Shown piece after piece: positions 14,001-26,752 of a stretch of 64,000 bases of DNA (within the stretch, counting starts at the first letter, position 1; the number at the start of each line of letters is the position of its first letter). The stretch comes from Leidyana gryllorum EB-2025a (lineage: Eukaryota > Protista > Apicomplexa). The stretch lies in contig JBLWGC010000185.1 in assembly GCA_048772705.1 (NCBI GenBank), positions 1 to 64,000 of the forward strand, in the 5' to 3' direction. Position numbers and translations under genes: made by a program. Below the pieces are notes generated by a model that worked only from the letters and a program-made list of their open reading frames with translations, was not told the DNA's origin and made no database searches.

Positions 14001-17000
14001 GTTCATGGGGGCAACACCCTTCGAGGCAGCGACCTCCGATCTTTGGGTCGGCAGAGTGGCCAGTGATCCGGGAGTGTCGCAGGTGAGAGGCGGGGCGTCT
14101 TCAGAGCTGTCATATTGAGAGAGTATCTCCGGACGATATGTCTGTTCATACGATCTGGAGTGATCGTCATCCGCCTCCTGGGTGTGGGAGAATGGCCCTT
14201 CAGTGATGGCACTTTCTTTCCAGGGTATGGAGGGCTGCGAATGGGAATGGCAAAGGAGCAGAGCGTTGCTGTAAAACTCACCACGCCAGATGATGTCGGA
14301 TAGGACCATCCGTCTGCAAAGTCAATAATGGAAGTCATGCCGGAGGGTTCTCGTCCCTGCTGTGACTGGGCTGCCACCGGGCGGACACCGCTGGAGGGGG
14401 GAGGCACAATCTTCGGTATATAGAGAGATGATGTGAAGTTTGGAGCACTGAATTCGGAGCGGCCAGGGGAGGGTTCCGGGTCCCACATCTCGGAGCCAGA
14501 ACCCTTATCTGGCTCAAGCACCTCCCCTGGGAAGTTACTGCCGGGAGTTTCCAACAGGTTGAGAGTGTCATCCGAGGGTACATAGTCGATGATCACAGAG
14601 CATTCTTTCTCTTCGGGAGCTCTAAAGTCGTCAATAGACTCTTCGGGTGAGCGGCTGTACAGATCATCAGCGCTGGGTCTCTCTGGCCGATTGGGGGAGG
14701 TGAAGTCCGTGCTATCGACAAAGTTCTCTGATCCGGTCTCATTCTCAGTAAGTTCGATCTCCGAATCTATAGGAGCTCGCTACAGAGAAATTGAAGTGTT
14801 CCATAGCTACGGCGGTTGCTTACTGGAGACACGGCCGATGGAGTCTCAGACGGACTGGATTCACTGGGCCACGTTATTCCGTCTCTTGGCTACACCGCGA
14901 CGTGATGACTCTAAGATGGCATACACTCACTCACCTTAGCGCCTCGCGCCATCACCACCTCCCCGTGAGAGGACGGTGGAATGGTGAACTCGCACCTGAC
15001 AGTTTCGACTCGAGAGGGCATTGGTACGTCGAAGGTGGAAGCCAAAGAGTGTGCTTCAGATCGTGGGGGTTCGCTGGATGGGTCTTGAGGGGGGGTCACA
15101 AATATGTCTTGAGCTTTCCGGGAGTCCAGCAGTGGGTGGAGCCAACCGCTGTAAGCATCGCGAGGTCGGTGCGGCCTTTCCGAACCGGCTTGCGAACCGG
15201 GAGTCAACACACCACTTTGGTCCAGGAGGCCGGAGACATCGCTGGGGAAGGGACTATCGTTCCCCCAGGGCGTGATGTGATCAGTCCCGCTCCGAGTTAA
15301 GCGCGTAGGCACGCTGGGCCGAGTGTGGAACGCGTACCCACTGGTTGCATCACTGTCCGTCGTGTGGGCAGTGGGGGCTATGGTGACCGGAATCATTGTC
15401 CTCTGCGACCGTGGCGGCGATGTCGGCCTTGTGCTCCGCTCACTGATGTGAGAACCGGAAGGCGCGTGCGCGGAACCCCTATCGGCGGGGGAGGGTGGTT
15501 GGTCGCGATACTCGCTCGAATGATGTCCCTCTCTCGTCGGCTCCAAAGCCGGGCTCGAGGTATTCGAGTCGGCTTCAGGAATTGACGATCGAAATGAACT
15601 GAGTGGGGACTCGTTTTGAGAACATCGGCCACGCGGTGTGAGGCGCTCCTCACTTTCGCGGGGACTATTGGGATTCAAGAGCGGCAGCTGTACTGATGGG
15701 ATGCCCACATCGAGCGGTTCCTCTCCACTGCCGGAATCTTTGGGAGACATCGGACCACTGCCTTCCACATCGCGAGGGGTGGGCGGATAACTCGTTCTGC
15801 TGGCCATAGAACCCTCGCGGGGGCTCTGCAGCGAAGTTCTGCGAGAAGCAAAGTCATCATCCGGTGGTAAGGACTGGGGTGTGCGAGCTTCTCGCAAACT
15901 TGGTCGGTGAGAGGACGGTGGCGTGCTATGAGGCAGCGAAGTCTTGCGACTCACCACTCCCACCGAGCGAGAGGTCCGGATAGATCGTGTCGCAGAATGG
16001 CTCCAGCCCATTGACGCCCTATCACGATGTGACTTGGTGTCTGAAGAGCCACCCCCCCCTGAAGACGAGATGCTCGACTCCGGCGTTATCAGAACGCCTT
16101 CTCGTAGGTTTTTGCTTTCGTCATTCTTTGGGGCGCTCGACGAGACACTTCGCACTTCGGACTGGCCACCAACGAGCTGATGCTCAGGTTTGGGACACGG
16201 CTCCGGTGTCACAAGCATTACAGAGTCGGCAGAAGAAGATCCCTGGAGAGATTCTTTCTCCGACTGCGTGGGCTCAGAGGCAGAACGGAGCTCAGATGCT
16301 GGTTCTTCACTTGTTGCCTCTGGGATCATCTCCAGCTCCGTCGCTGCAACGAGCGACGATCTTCCTTCAGCACTTCCCATGGCTCCCCAAGGCACGTCTC
16401 CGGTGCTACTGGGCCGCACATCACCCGCTGGCACACACGGCTGGGGACGCGGCTCGTTACTCGGTGATCCAGGATCGCTGACACTTCCTCCCGACAGTGT
16501 GGGATCTTCGTCGCCGATGGAACCTTCCATATCTTCGGGAGCAGTGTCAACATCGATTCCCACATCGGGAGTGAAACCCTCCGCTGTCGGCGAAGGCTGA
16601 TCCAATGTTCCCGTGGTACGTAGCGTACTCATATCGTGTGTTGAGGACGCCTCAGCGTCGGTGTGGACCCCAGGATGGTGTTGCGTCGAATCTTCTTCGG
16701 TCATAGAGTATGTGAGGGGAATCTGGGAGTCTCGCTCCGACAGCGGGGTGTACCCGACGAAAACTCCTCGATGGAAACCTGTGAAGCTAAGCGCTGGAGT
16801 TTCACCCATCGAAGAAGCTGTGTTGTGTGTCTCTCCACGCTCAGAAGGGGATAGGGTGGTCTCCTCTATAACCTGGGCGCCTATAACTATATTGTGCGAC
16901 ATAATTGGTCTGACGACTCCTGATTTCCACTCACCTTCTTGCGACGTTGGACTGCCGAGGGAGATACTGAAGTCCGTGACGTCATCTGATGCCACGCAGA

Positions 17001-20000
17001 TGCCGTCATTGTGTGATCGGTCGGAGACACTGGGAGCCGGCGACTCTCCACCTTCCTGCTGTGCCGGATCGGATCGAGGCTTTATCACATCTGCTGTCTC
17101 TGGATCTGAAGATCTCGGCGGTGGGAGATCGACAATGATCTCTGTCGTCCCTATCTCGGCATTTGATCCTTCACCGGGAACGGAAACAGCCTCATTCACC
17201 ATTGGTTGGGGCTCCGCGCCACGACTCGTTCCGGGAGATGAGCGAGACTCGTTTGACCTGGAAAAGGAGCCGTCCGTCAATGGCAACTGCTCGGTGACTT
17301 TGCTGTATGTCGAGTGGTCAACAGGTCTTTGACTCGCCCCCGAAGACTCCTCCTCCTCCTCAGGCGTATGAAAGGAAGCGATCTCAGGAACAGGACTGGA
17401 TTCTTCAGAATGTGTTTGTGCCCTCGCCACACTGGGGACCACCACTTCATCATCTTCTGGGCGCTCGGCCACATCAGGCGTAGCGAACTCCTCTCTTTCA
17501 TTGCTATCTGCCTCACTTCCGGGAGCCGTTGGAACCGGTGAAGGGCATTCGCTCTTATCGGGAAGTTCCGAAACACTGACTATGTCCTCGGACGGTCCCA
17601 CGTACTCGAAAGTGTCCGATGGCGGGGTTGGGCACTCGATGTCCTCGATCTGGTGGTGTCCCGGATATGTGCTGGCGTCTCGAGCCGCAACAGGAGTCTC
17701 CTCCTCATCACTGCCTCCGTAAAAGGAGATTGGAAGAGAGTCGATACCCACAGGGGGGAGTGAGCTGCTGTCCTCTCCGTCTGTTGGCTCTTCAGTGTCC
17801 TCAAAGACGTCTTCAGTGATTCGATGGGTACCGGTTCGACTGTGCACTTCTGCTTCGATATCGTCAGACGTGATGACGTCTGAAAGGATGGCGTCCATCA
17901 CATAGGACGGTATCTCTTCGTCGGCAGTGCGCGCTTCGTAATAAGTTTCTTGAGAATTCCGTGGGTTCATCTCCATAGAGTCCTCCGGTGGACTGGTGCT
18001 GCCGTGTTCGTAGTCGTCTGGTCCATACTCTTGAGAGCTGGGCGCTTCATCGGTTGGATTGCTGTTGCTGACAGGAACCGGTTGTACAGACGAGGAGACG
18101 GCAGATCGCGGTAGAGGGATAGGTGTACGATCTTCATCGACACTGCCCGTGCCCGAACTGAAGCCGAATTCCGACAGTCGCTTCTTTGGTAGAGAGACTG
18201 GGAGAGGTTCTGATAGTCCACTCGGTCTCGCCAGTGTTATTGTCGGAGGACGTGGAGGCCCGGCAACAGCGTTGGAGTCTACGAGACGGGAAGCTGGTGC
18301 CGTTTTGGGGGGCTGCGGTCCCTTGATCCAGCCCTTGACTTTGGCGAGGTCAAGATTCAGGAAGGGAATAGCGAATTTTGGTTTACTGGGACGCGCGCTT
18401 TGAGAGGTGTCTTGTAATCGTGCAGGGGGGGTGATATTGAAACCAACTTCAGACCTCGAGTTCAAGTCACTGCTCATCCCTTCGACTGCACTGATAGGAG
18501 TGACAAAATTGTTGTCTTGCGGTGACGGAGTATCCAAAGACTCTGCTTTGTACTCGGTTTGTCCATCGACAACGGTAGGGGGCGATTCTGGCAACCAAAC
18601 CGAACCAATTGGGGACTCAGACGTTGGCAAAGTACCAGTGTCGACAGTCTGAGGTCTGGCAGGGGGGTCACCTGTGTTGACTGAGCCCAGTTTGAGATAA
18701 TGGTAGCTGTCTATCGGTACACTTCGAGCTGTACTACGACTTCGAGGTCGGTACACAGAAATCGCGGGACCCAAACCGGGGAGATTGAGGGATCGGTCCA
18801 TCAGAGTGGGCGTGAGGAAACTGAGTCGCTCATTGGAGATCGATACTGGAGATCGTGGACGAGGCGCGATTGAAATAGGCTGGTTGTGTCGCATATGCGG
18901 CGCAGCGCTTTGAGGGCGGCGACTTTGTGGATGAGGTATACGCGTCCAATTGGGAAGAGTTAGCGGATTCTGACGAGGCAACGAACTGGAACCGAGTCGA
19001 CCACCTCGCACGGGTCGCGTCGGTGTTCGATTGGCATTGAGATCGATCACGGCCGGACGAAGTGCCCAAGCGGGGAATTGTAGGTTGGAACGGCCGTAGT
19101 CTTGGCCGATTCTGCCTGCGGTCAAATCGGCATCACCAGCAGGAAAGTCAAGATGCCTTCGATTCGTTGATGCCCTCTGCTGTGAGGGAACGTCTCTGGT
19201 GAGATCAGTCTTGCCGAGGTCCAGAGTTGTACCTCGAGTTTGCTCGTACAATCGTTTGGGGTCTTGCGGAAATCGAGAGACTGAAGGGAATTCCAGCTTC
19301 GACCGCGTAACGTGCTCTCGTCGCTGGGTGCTTTTCAGGGCCACGCTACTCGGCATGGCCAAATCGATATTGGAGTTGCGATATTGCTGTGTCAAATTAT
19401 GCGGAGTGGATCGGAGGGTTTCGACAGAATTCAAGTCCAAAGTGGTACGTTCAACCTGGTGTATTTGAAGATGACTTGCCGGAGGACTCAACAAGAATTG
19501 GGTCTGCAGATCCAGAACAGTCCGCCTTTGTTGATCGCTCCGGTGGGCGCGGACGACGAGTGTCGGTTTGGGCCGTATTGGGTGCAAGTCCAGGACACGT
19601 CCGGCGGGGGCTACCATCGGTGCCAGACCTCCAGAATCACTGGACTGGATAGGTAAGAGACGGGGGTTTCTGACGAGAGGGGGCACAGATATCAATTTCA
19701 TATCTCTCACTCTCACCGGAAGAACTGTAAAAGACGGGTGGTACCCTCTCCTCGAGTCAGGGCTTCTTGATCAAACAAGCGATACATCAGATTCCACGCA
19801 GTAATGAGCGCTTGATGCACTTCTTCAGGGGTACCAACTGGTGATTTATCGAGTGGAGTACTGTCAGACGCCGATTCTGGGGCGGCAGCTTTAGTGACAC
19901 CGTCGTGAATCACAGACAGCTCTCTCAAGAGGTCCAAAGGAACGGGGATCACCCCTGCTGGCCTTGGAGGACACACATGGGATGACACATCTCTCCGCAC

Positions 20001-21446
20001 GGCTTCAATCAGAATGTACTGTCCTGAGGAATTCGAAGAAGGACGCAACCGAAATTGATAGCCAGTGTCAATGATGGGAGGACTTGTTGCAGATGCTCCA
20101 AACTTGGTGGGCGGAGGTCGACAAATGATCGTCCAACCCATACGAGGCCCCATGCCCTCGACTCCAGCATCATTCTTGGGGGCGAACGGTGTATCCAATG
20201 CATTGGACTCGGCTGCTGATACCAGCGCTTCAATGTAGCTTTGCAGGTCAGCTCCCGTAACTGCAAATAAAGAGGTTGTTAGGCAGTATATCGACGGTAG
20301 ATCGAGTTATACACACTCGAGCGAGAGAGAGACAGAGAGAGAGAGATAGATAGAGGCACACACTCACACTCACAATCACACTCACACTCACGCTCACACA
20401 CACACACACAGGTTTACATAGACACAATGATCTACAGGATCCTTTGAGACTCGCCGGGCCACACTCTCTCCATTCATTGAGCGCAATGGGAGCTTACTGG
20501 GTTCTGTCAAGCTCGAATTTATGTTTGGTAATGGGATGAGATCCCGGTCTGAGGAGCACAAAGTGGGATCCTCCAGATGATTGAGACATTGGAAGAGAAC
20601 ATCTGCTCCGTCTTTGAGCGTCTCTCCGGAGCAGGGAACAGTGTGGAAAGAAGCGGTGTGGTAATTGACGATTACGGCTGCGCCATAATCTCCGAGTGGC
20701 GGCCACCAAAAGCAATGTGTATGCACTCGACCAGTCTCAACACGACTTAGCCATTTACGCATCAACGCCGCAAAGTGCATTTTAGGGACCAACGAGGACC
20801 CAAAGGCTTTCTCAACAGTGGGAGATATATGGAGGTCCGGCGGCAATTCACAACCTGCAAGTACTGCTGCAAGTTTGACGGATTTGTGAACCGCCAGCTG
20901 AGTCTCCCAGGGGTGACTGTGAGCAGTCTCGAGCTTCCAGACTGCTGTGCCGGTGGCGTCAACAACTGCAATGACAGTGTTGACGCTGAACATACCGCGC
21001 CGCAGGCGGTATTGGCACACACGGAGGGTTCGAGACTCTCCATGGGCCACGATGACTCTCAAAGGTTGCGCTTGTGCAGTTACTGAACCTCGGGGGCTGC
21101 AAGCTGGTGATGATGGAGGGGTGGTCAAAGAGTCGGCAGCTACGGCTGCATGTTGCGGTTCGGGATGACGAAAAAGTCGAGGTGGGCTGGGTGGAAGCAG
21201 TTCGTGATCGCGGCTGTGTGTATCGGGCGTGCCCCTGCTTAATTGACGCCCGCGTCCTGAAGAGACTTTTGGTGGTTGCATAGCCTCGATGAGACGCAAG
21301 GATTGTTGATAGTCGATGAGCTGACATTGGGCTGCGAACCATAGATCGACCCAGCGCTCCGATTCAGAAAGATCGATGACAGCCCTCTGTGGACTGAGCG
21401 GAGCCGCCCCTTCGTCTACAGAGGCACAGCTCTGGAAGTCTTCCAT
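1..21446 (-). CDS. Giant (>7,000 aa, 3'-truncated by the window) low-complexity S/P/E-rich protein with a C-terminal tandem-repeat array; multi-exon
   Basis: Five ORF-track entries join in phase through GT-AG introns at 20497-20261, 19744-19704, 14934-14890, 14823-14780 and 14281-14235 (exons of 949, 516, 4769, 66, 498 and >14,000 nt). ATG at 21446 (MEDFQSCAS...). The last three junctions are convincing; the first two are less certain. One apparent 1-nt frameshift at ~3469. Confidence 0.7.
20322..20410. repeat. Compound (AG)n/(AC)n microsatellite inside predicted intron 1 of the giant gene
   Basis: gagagagacagagagagagagatagatagaggcacacactcacac...cacacacaca. Confidence 0.9.
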
Positions 21447-21521
21447 GTAATGTTTCCTTCTGCTGTCCTTCTGTGTAATACGCACGAGTGAGTAAAACAA
21501 TCTTTTTTGTTGCTATGGACC

Positions 21522-22028
21522 ATGTCATCCTTCGACAGTACTGAAGAGGAGGCGGTTCGTAAGCGTGCGGACTCTATCTACGCACAAGAGGCAAATTTGA
21601 GAGCCACCGCCGTGACAACGACCGCTACGCTTTCACTATTCGGGCTAACATCGCCGGAGGGCGACATGTTGACTATCACGCTCCCAGCGTTGAAGCGTCA
21701 GCGACCCGTCCGAGCGATGGCGCCGGCCGCCAACCGCTCCCGATCCTTATCGCCCCTCAAAAGAGGTATTCGGGGCGCCCCGCTATCGGCCAGGCGGCCA
21801 GTGGTGTATCTCCAGACGGAACCGTCACAATCTGCCGCCTATTATCCTCAAAACGCTGCTGGCGCCAATACTGCTGCCTCCGGGGCGGCGGGAAACACTC
21901 ACCAAACACGTGGACGCGAAATGTACTTCCCGTGCCCCCCGGAAGATCGGAGACGTAGTGCAGCGATGTCTCCTGCTGTACGTACACTGCTGCACATGAA
22001 GAGCGACACTGTACTGGGCCGTCATTAG
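21522..22028 (+). CDS. Hypothetical protein (~168 aa)
   Basis: ATG at 21522 after a T-tract; single ORF, head-to-head with the giant gene; no recognised domain. Confidence 0.55.
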   Translation: MSSFDSTEEEAVRKRADSIYAQEANLRATAVTTTATLSLFGLTSPEGDMLTITLPALKRQRPVRAMAPAANRSRSLSPLKRGIRGAPLSARRPVVYLQTEPSQSAAYYPQNAAGANTAASGAAGNTHQTRGREMYFPCPPEDRRRSAAMSPAVRTLLHMKSDTVLGRH

Positions 22029-23626
22029 ACGATCAGAACTTCCAGTGGAGCCTTTGTGACCTCTGTGTATTGAAACGCACCCCCCACTGCCATGGCGTAG
22101 GCCAAGATACGCCCTTTGCGTCCGTCCGTCGTCATGCCTTCGACTCTCAAGTCGTAAGTAATGCGATCATGTGAACCTATGTATCGGGGCTCACGTCTGG
22201 CCTGCTGCCAATTCCCGATCCGCCCAACAGGCCGCACTTCCTCTGGCTCCAACCACTCTGCAACAGAAAAGTTGCCACGCTGTTTCGCCCAAGCGACTGC
22301 GCTTGCAACGCCTCTGTTCGTCAGATATGGATCCCGCCACAACAAGCCTCCCGCCAGTCTGAGTACCTCCTCCCAACCCTTTCTTCCTGCCGCTATTGTA
22401 TGTGTTTCTATCTCTGCTGCATCAAAAATCTCACCTCCCGCCGACATCACTGTTTCACCATCTCTGCTGCCGACTCTCCACTCTCTTCTTCCTGCCCCGC
22501 GATTGCATTTGTGGCTCAATACAATTCTGTCGGCCCTATCCGCAACGAGTTCGAGAACACGTGACTCCACCACTCCGTCGTCCAAACAGTACCTATCCAA
22601 CGCCAAAAATGTGCCCAAATCGATCGATTCTGCTCACGGAACAATTACTGCCTGTACTCGCGCATTCAACCCGAACGCCACGCACCGACAGAGATGTCTC
22701 AGGGCAAACTTTGTCTCATCGTCCTCGGCATTACACCCGAATACACGCAGCCCATGTCTTCCCATAACTCGGTTCAGACCCGAAGATACAGGCATCATCG
22801 CGGCCGCATTCACCACAAGAATTGACGATGAATTCCTATGTGATACCCCCGCCTCCTCCTCACCGACCCTTACAAACTTCTCTTCATCAGTCGTCGTTGT
22901 TCCCCATAACTCGCTGATACCTCTGCGTTTTGAGTCAGTCAGTCGCAGTGTGTTCTGGTCACAACACTCTCACCGTTCAACAACCTTCTCCGCTGCCAAT
23001 CGCTCGGTATTCAGACCACTCCTTAACCTTTCGCGAGGAGCAAACACCATTTCCTCGTCAAACTCCATCAGCTCAACATCCAACGCCTTCTGGATGTAAT
23101 CGAATATCTCATCTACCTCTTTCATAGAACAACTATCCCCACCACCCCTCAGGGTCACCACCAACATCCTTATCGCCAACAGAGCCTGGATGTCCACATC
23201 ACATTTCTCCGCGGCTTCTCCCGCACACTCTTTTGTCCGCTCATCTCTCAGACACTTTGTCACAGCCTCGATCTCGTCTGTATTCTCGGTGTTCGATAAA
23301 CCTACTATCACGCTCGACTTTCGACGCCGCTCAAATATTAGCTCCTGAACGAAATCCTTATTATCAAGGCTTGTCGGACTCTTATTCCCTCCTGCCGTGC
23401 CCTCCTCCTGCAGCTTTTCGTTCGATGGTCCATCTCCGTCATCTACTTGGTAACTAAGTCCCACTTGAATCGGATCATGGCCTTCATTATAAACTTGAAC
23501 TACCCCATAACCGACACCTGTCGTCTTGTCTACCTCCACCACCACTTTTCCACCATGAATCTGTAGACTAACGCAACCTGCGTCCAACAGCGTCAACCCA
23601 ACAAGTACAACGCTGCTCAACTTCAT
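22025..23626 (-). CDS. Hypothetical, probably secreted, multi-exon protein (internal exon structure unresolved)
   Basis: Signal-peptide-like N-terminus MKLSSVVLVGLTLLDAGCVS; ORFs 22970-23632 and 22025-22618; clear GTGAGA...CGCAG intron at ~22973-22923; the middle junctions are ambiguous. Confidence 0.45.
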
Positions 23627-23707
23627 CCCCACACATGCACAAAGTAGTCCAGATTACAGTGACGCCCCCCAACCTATCAACCAGCCCATCACATTGGACA
23701 CCCCAAA

Positions 23708-24186
23708 TGTCCATACCTGCTGTCCCCAGCTCGATAAACCTTAGAAAATCCCCATGCTTATGTGATACCTGTTTCGACCCCCAATTACATATTGTCAATG
23801 CCAAAGATTACGCACTGATCAGCTATCGATCTGTGGGATGACGCAGCATTCAACTCTTGGCCGCTCTCAACACGACTAAAGTAGTTGCACCACACCTTAT
23901 GTGTTTGCGCATATTCGTGTCCCAAAAGTTCCGGTGCATGTGTGTGCACCTGGTGCCCACGAACGTGAGGATGCCAAGGATTATCAAGAGCAGAAGACCT
24001 TGAATTGATGACGTGAATTTCACAAGCTGCACGGAGCCGAGCCTTCTCAATGGTCAAGTGAGTTAGATGTGATAGATTCAATTCAATTGGTGCATCTTGC
24101 AGACGGTGATTGAAGGCCGGCCCAGCTACGTTCAAGACCTTCACGTGGTGTCTTGCTTCTTTTGGGTGTATGTCCTTTGCGCATAG
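23708..24186 (+). CDS. Possible small multi-exon hypothetical protein
   Basis: Strong GTGAGT...TTGCAG intron at 24058-24102. A phase-consistent chain of further GT-AG introns can be drawn, but no family is recognised. Confidence 0.2.
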
Positions 24187-24320
24187 GCCCGTAGGAGTAG
24201 GAGGAGCCCTGAGGTTGTTGGAGGGGCCAAAACTGCGTAGGAGGGATCCTGTAGGAGTAGGCTGGGAAATTTCTGAAGGAACTAAGTGGTAGCTAGTATG
24301 GGTGTACATTGGCTAGCTTG

Positions 24321-24764
24321 ATGGAAGGTCGGAAGAGAAAACGGGAAGAGGGCGATCCTTTGGACAGGCCCTATTTCCCTCTACCGCGTTTGGAGCCCTC
24401 TTCTGCCCCTAGAGTTGACCAGAGTAGGAAGCGACCTGGTCCTATACTGGGCGTGCAGGATAAGTCTGTATGGAAGCGGCCGAAGGTTGAGGCAGAAGCC
24501 GCACCACCAGCGTGTACAACATTGGCGGTGTATCAATCGCCGGAAGCGTTTCAAGAGCAGGTAGTCTTTGCTTCTAATCCCGAAGCGGTCGCCTTGAAAG
24601 ACAGGATGCATCGACTAGGTCGTGAGTACCAGCGATCGAGTACGCAAGGTCAAGCATTTCGATCGCCGCAATCCTTCGAGATCCAACTGCCTCTGTACAG
24701 TGGTGGGGTCATAGACCTCCGGGAAACTGAGTCAGAGGACGAGGAGGACATGTTCGATATGTGA
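24321..24764 (+). CDS. Hypothetical nuclear protein (basic NLS-like RKRKR, acidic C-terminus)
   Basis: ORF from ATG 24321: MEGRKRKREEG...SEDEEDMFDM. Confidence 0.6.
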   Translation: MEGRKRKREEGDPLDRPYFPLPRLEPSSAPRVDQSRKRPGPILGVQDKSVWKRPKVEAEAAPPACTTLAVYQSPEAFQEQVVFASNPEAVALKDRMHRLGREYQRSSTQGQAFRSPQSFEIQLPLYSGGVIDLRETESEDEEDMFDM

Positions 24765-24793
24765 AAAAGCTTTTACTCTTTTGGATAAGCCCA

Positions 24794-25777
24794 ATGTCAA
24801 ACGACCGCTCACTTGTTGCGAAACTTAAGTGCTTCAAGCTTGCGGCAGGAGCTGTAGCTGCGTTAGCTGTGGGCTTTTACGTCTATAAGCAGTATTACGC
24901 CAAACAAGCGGAACCTACTACGAATGAAAAGGCAGTAGCCTCCCAGACTGAGGAGCCTGCTAAGCCGAAAACAATCAATCTCGCCCAGGTAACGCGTTCC
25001 AGTGGTAACAGGAGTGTAATCGGGTAGCAGGCTGACCGAGAGGATGTGATCCAGCTGCTACGTGAGGTTTCTGATGTTCAAAAAGAGCTTGCTCGGTTGA
25101 TGGAGAAAGTGATGGGGGAAGTGGTGGAGAAGGACCTAAAGTAAGTCGCAATTGATGTAAAGGTGAGATTGACTGGTGGCTGCAGCATTGTGGAGACGTA
25201 CAAGCTGTTGCGAGCCAGCGAACCTGCTGATCCCTTGGATGCTCACGGGCTGACGATAGCCGGTTTTGATAGCTTGCTGGAGCGTTTTGCAGCAGACAAG
25301 GGTAAGATCGGCGGGTGTTTGATTATTATTGTTGTTCTCTCATCGTCAGAGGTTCACCAAATGATTATTGAAGTTATCCAGGGGCCTTCGCCTTTGACTC
25401 AGCCCAGCGGTCGTCCTTCGCAGGATTTGACTCCGGATATGTTGGTGCAGATCAATGCTGCCATGAGGGACAAGTTGCGGGAGACTGCTGAGGAGTTGAT
25501 AGCTCGTCAGTCTGAGTTTGAGGGCCCTTATGAGACACGAACGGCGAGTTTGACGGCTCAGTCTATGGTGGGCGCGTTTGTGCAGAAGCAGTTTGGTGTG
25601 ACTCCGGAAGAGGTGGAGCGGTCGATGAGCATTTACACCTACCAGTTGTCGTCTCGGGAAGACTTTGCGGCGATCAATGAGGACATTCAGGCGATAATGA
25701 CCAAGTTACAGAACACATCGGTTGCTGCGCCTGCTGTGGCGGCTTCATCGTCTCCGGAGGTTGGCACAAAAGCGTAG
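24794..25777 (+). CDS. Hypothetical helical protein with an N-terminal single transmembrane anchor; 4 exons
   Basis: TM segment LAAGAVAALAVGFYVY followed by KQYY. GT-AG introns at ~24989-25030, ~25141-25185 and ~25282-25329 join the ORFs in phase. Confidence 0.65.
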
Positions 25778-25885
25778 AGACGGGTGTTTTTATAACAATC
25801 TGACTGCTTCTTTTGACGGGGCGACAATTGTAGACAGAGAGAGGCGGTGATTAAGATTGATTGAGATCAGATGAAAAAAAGACGA

Positions 25886-25922
25886 GCTTTGCTTTGCTTT
25901 GCTTTGCTTTGTCTTTGCTTTG
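25886..25922. repeat. (GCTTT)n pentanucleotide microsatellite
   Basis: gctttgctttgctttgctttgctttgtctttgctttg. Confidence 0.85.
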
Positions 25923-26314
25923 ACTCCGTTTCGCATTAACGAGATCGTTTTCTACACCCTCGACTTGAGAGTGAGGCTGTCAGCGAGCCAATGAGCCAAC
26001 AGTCAGTCCATTAGTTTATAGTCGTCGTAGAATAGCCTCCGCCAGTAATGACAGTGAGTCACATATTTTCAAACAGAAGCGCGCACACAGGTATACAATC
26101 ACACACGGGCGCGCGCCCGCGCCCATCCCCACTCCATGGGGGTAAGACTCCTCTCGACAACGACTTCCACACGCACTGTAGACGCCCCAGACGAGTCTCA
26201 AGCAGACCGAATTGTGCACAAAGGAGGGTAATTCTTTGCATTCAATCTTGTATGCGTCTGTGTGTGTGTAGTGTCACCAACAAGGCGGGCTGGGTCGGTG
26301 TATGTTCGCTCTCT

Positions 26315-26752
26315 CTAAGTGCGAGTGAATATGTCAATCTGAATTGTGGAGACCAATCGGCTGACAACTTTTGGGTCATAGCCCTGCATCAGTCATTACA
26401 CATTCAGATCAGCTACTAAAGGCCTTACCTGCTCGGTTTCACTCCCCGTTGGCGACTCGTTTCCAGTCGTTTCCAACAAGTCTAAGGACTCTGTGGTCCC
26501 AATATCGATCCTGTAGTTCTCAATCAAATGCGGCCACCGAGCCACAGTGTCCTGGAATAGCATCAGCGCGCCCTTGATGGTGCTCCCGGCTCCGAACAGC
26601 CGAACAGCCGGCCCCGTGTCTCCCACTTCGCGGCGAAAATGGACAAGTAATTTCTCCACTCGCTTGGTATATACAATTAGAGGATGATGGCGCGTGACGT
26701 AAATATCGCGGCAGCCCGCCGGCTCGTGCGGCAGTGGGAGGCGGTCAGTCAT
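26315..26752 (-). CDS. Alba-fold RNase P/MRP subunit, Rpp20/Pop7-like; 2 exons
   Basis: DIYVTRHHPLIVYTKRVEKLL ... VRLFGAGSTIKGAL ... IDIGT. The 45-nt intron at 26428-26384 adds the C-terminal strand SRLVSTIQIDI, typical of Rpp20/Alba. Confidence 0.7.

Noticed and set aside
23635-24060. Cys-rich frame interrupted only by two TGA codons (23839, 24001), suggesting a selenoprotein or readthrough
   Set aside because: No recognisable selenoprotein motif or SECIS element; both TGAs can be bypassed by ordinary GT-AG introns.
25920-25940. GAAACGGAG on the minus strand resembling SRP RNA helix 8
   Set aside because: The flanking bases cannot close the GNRA loop, and the CAGG/AGCA symmetric loop is absent.
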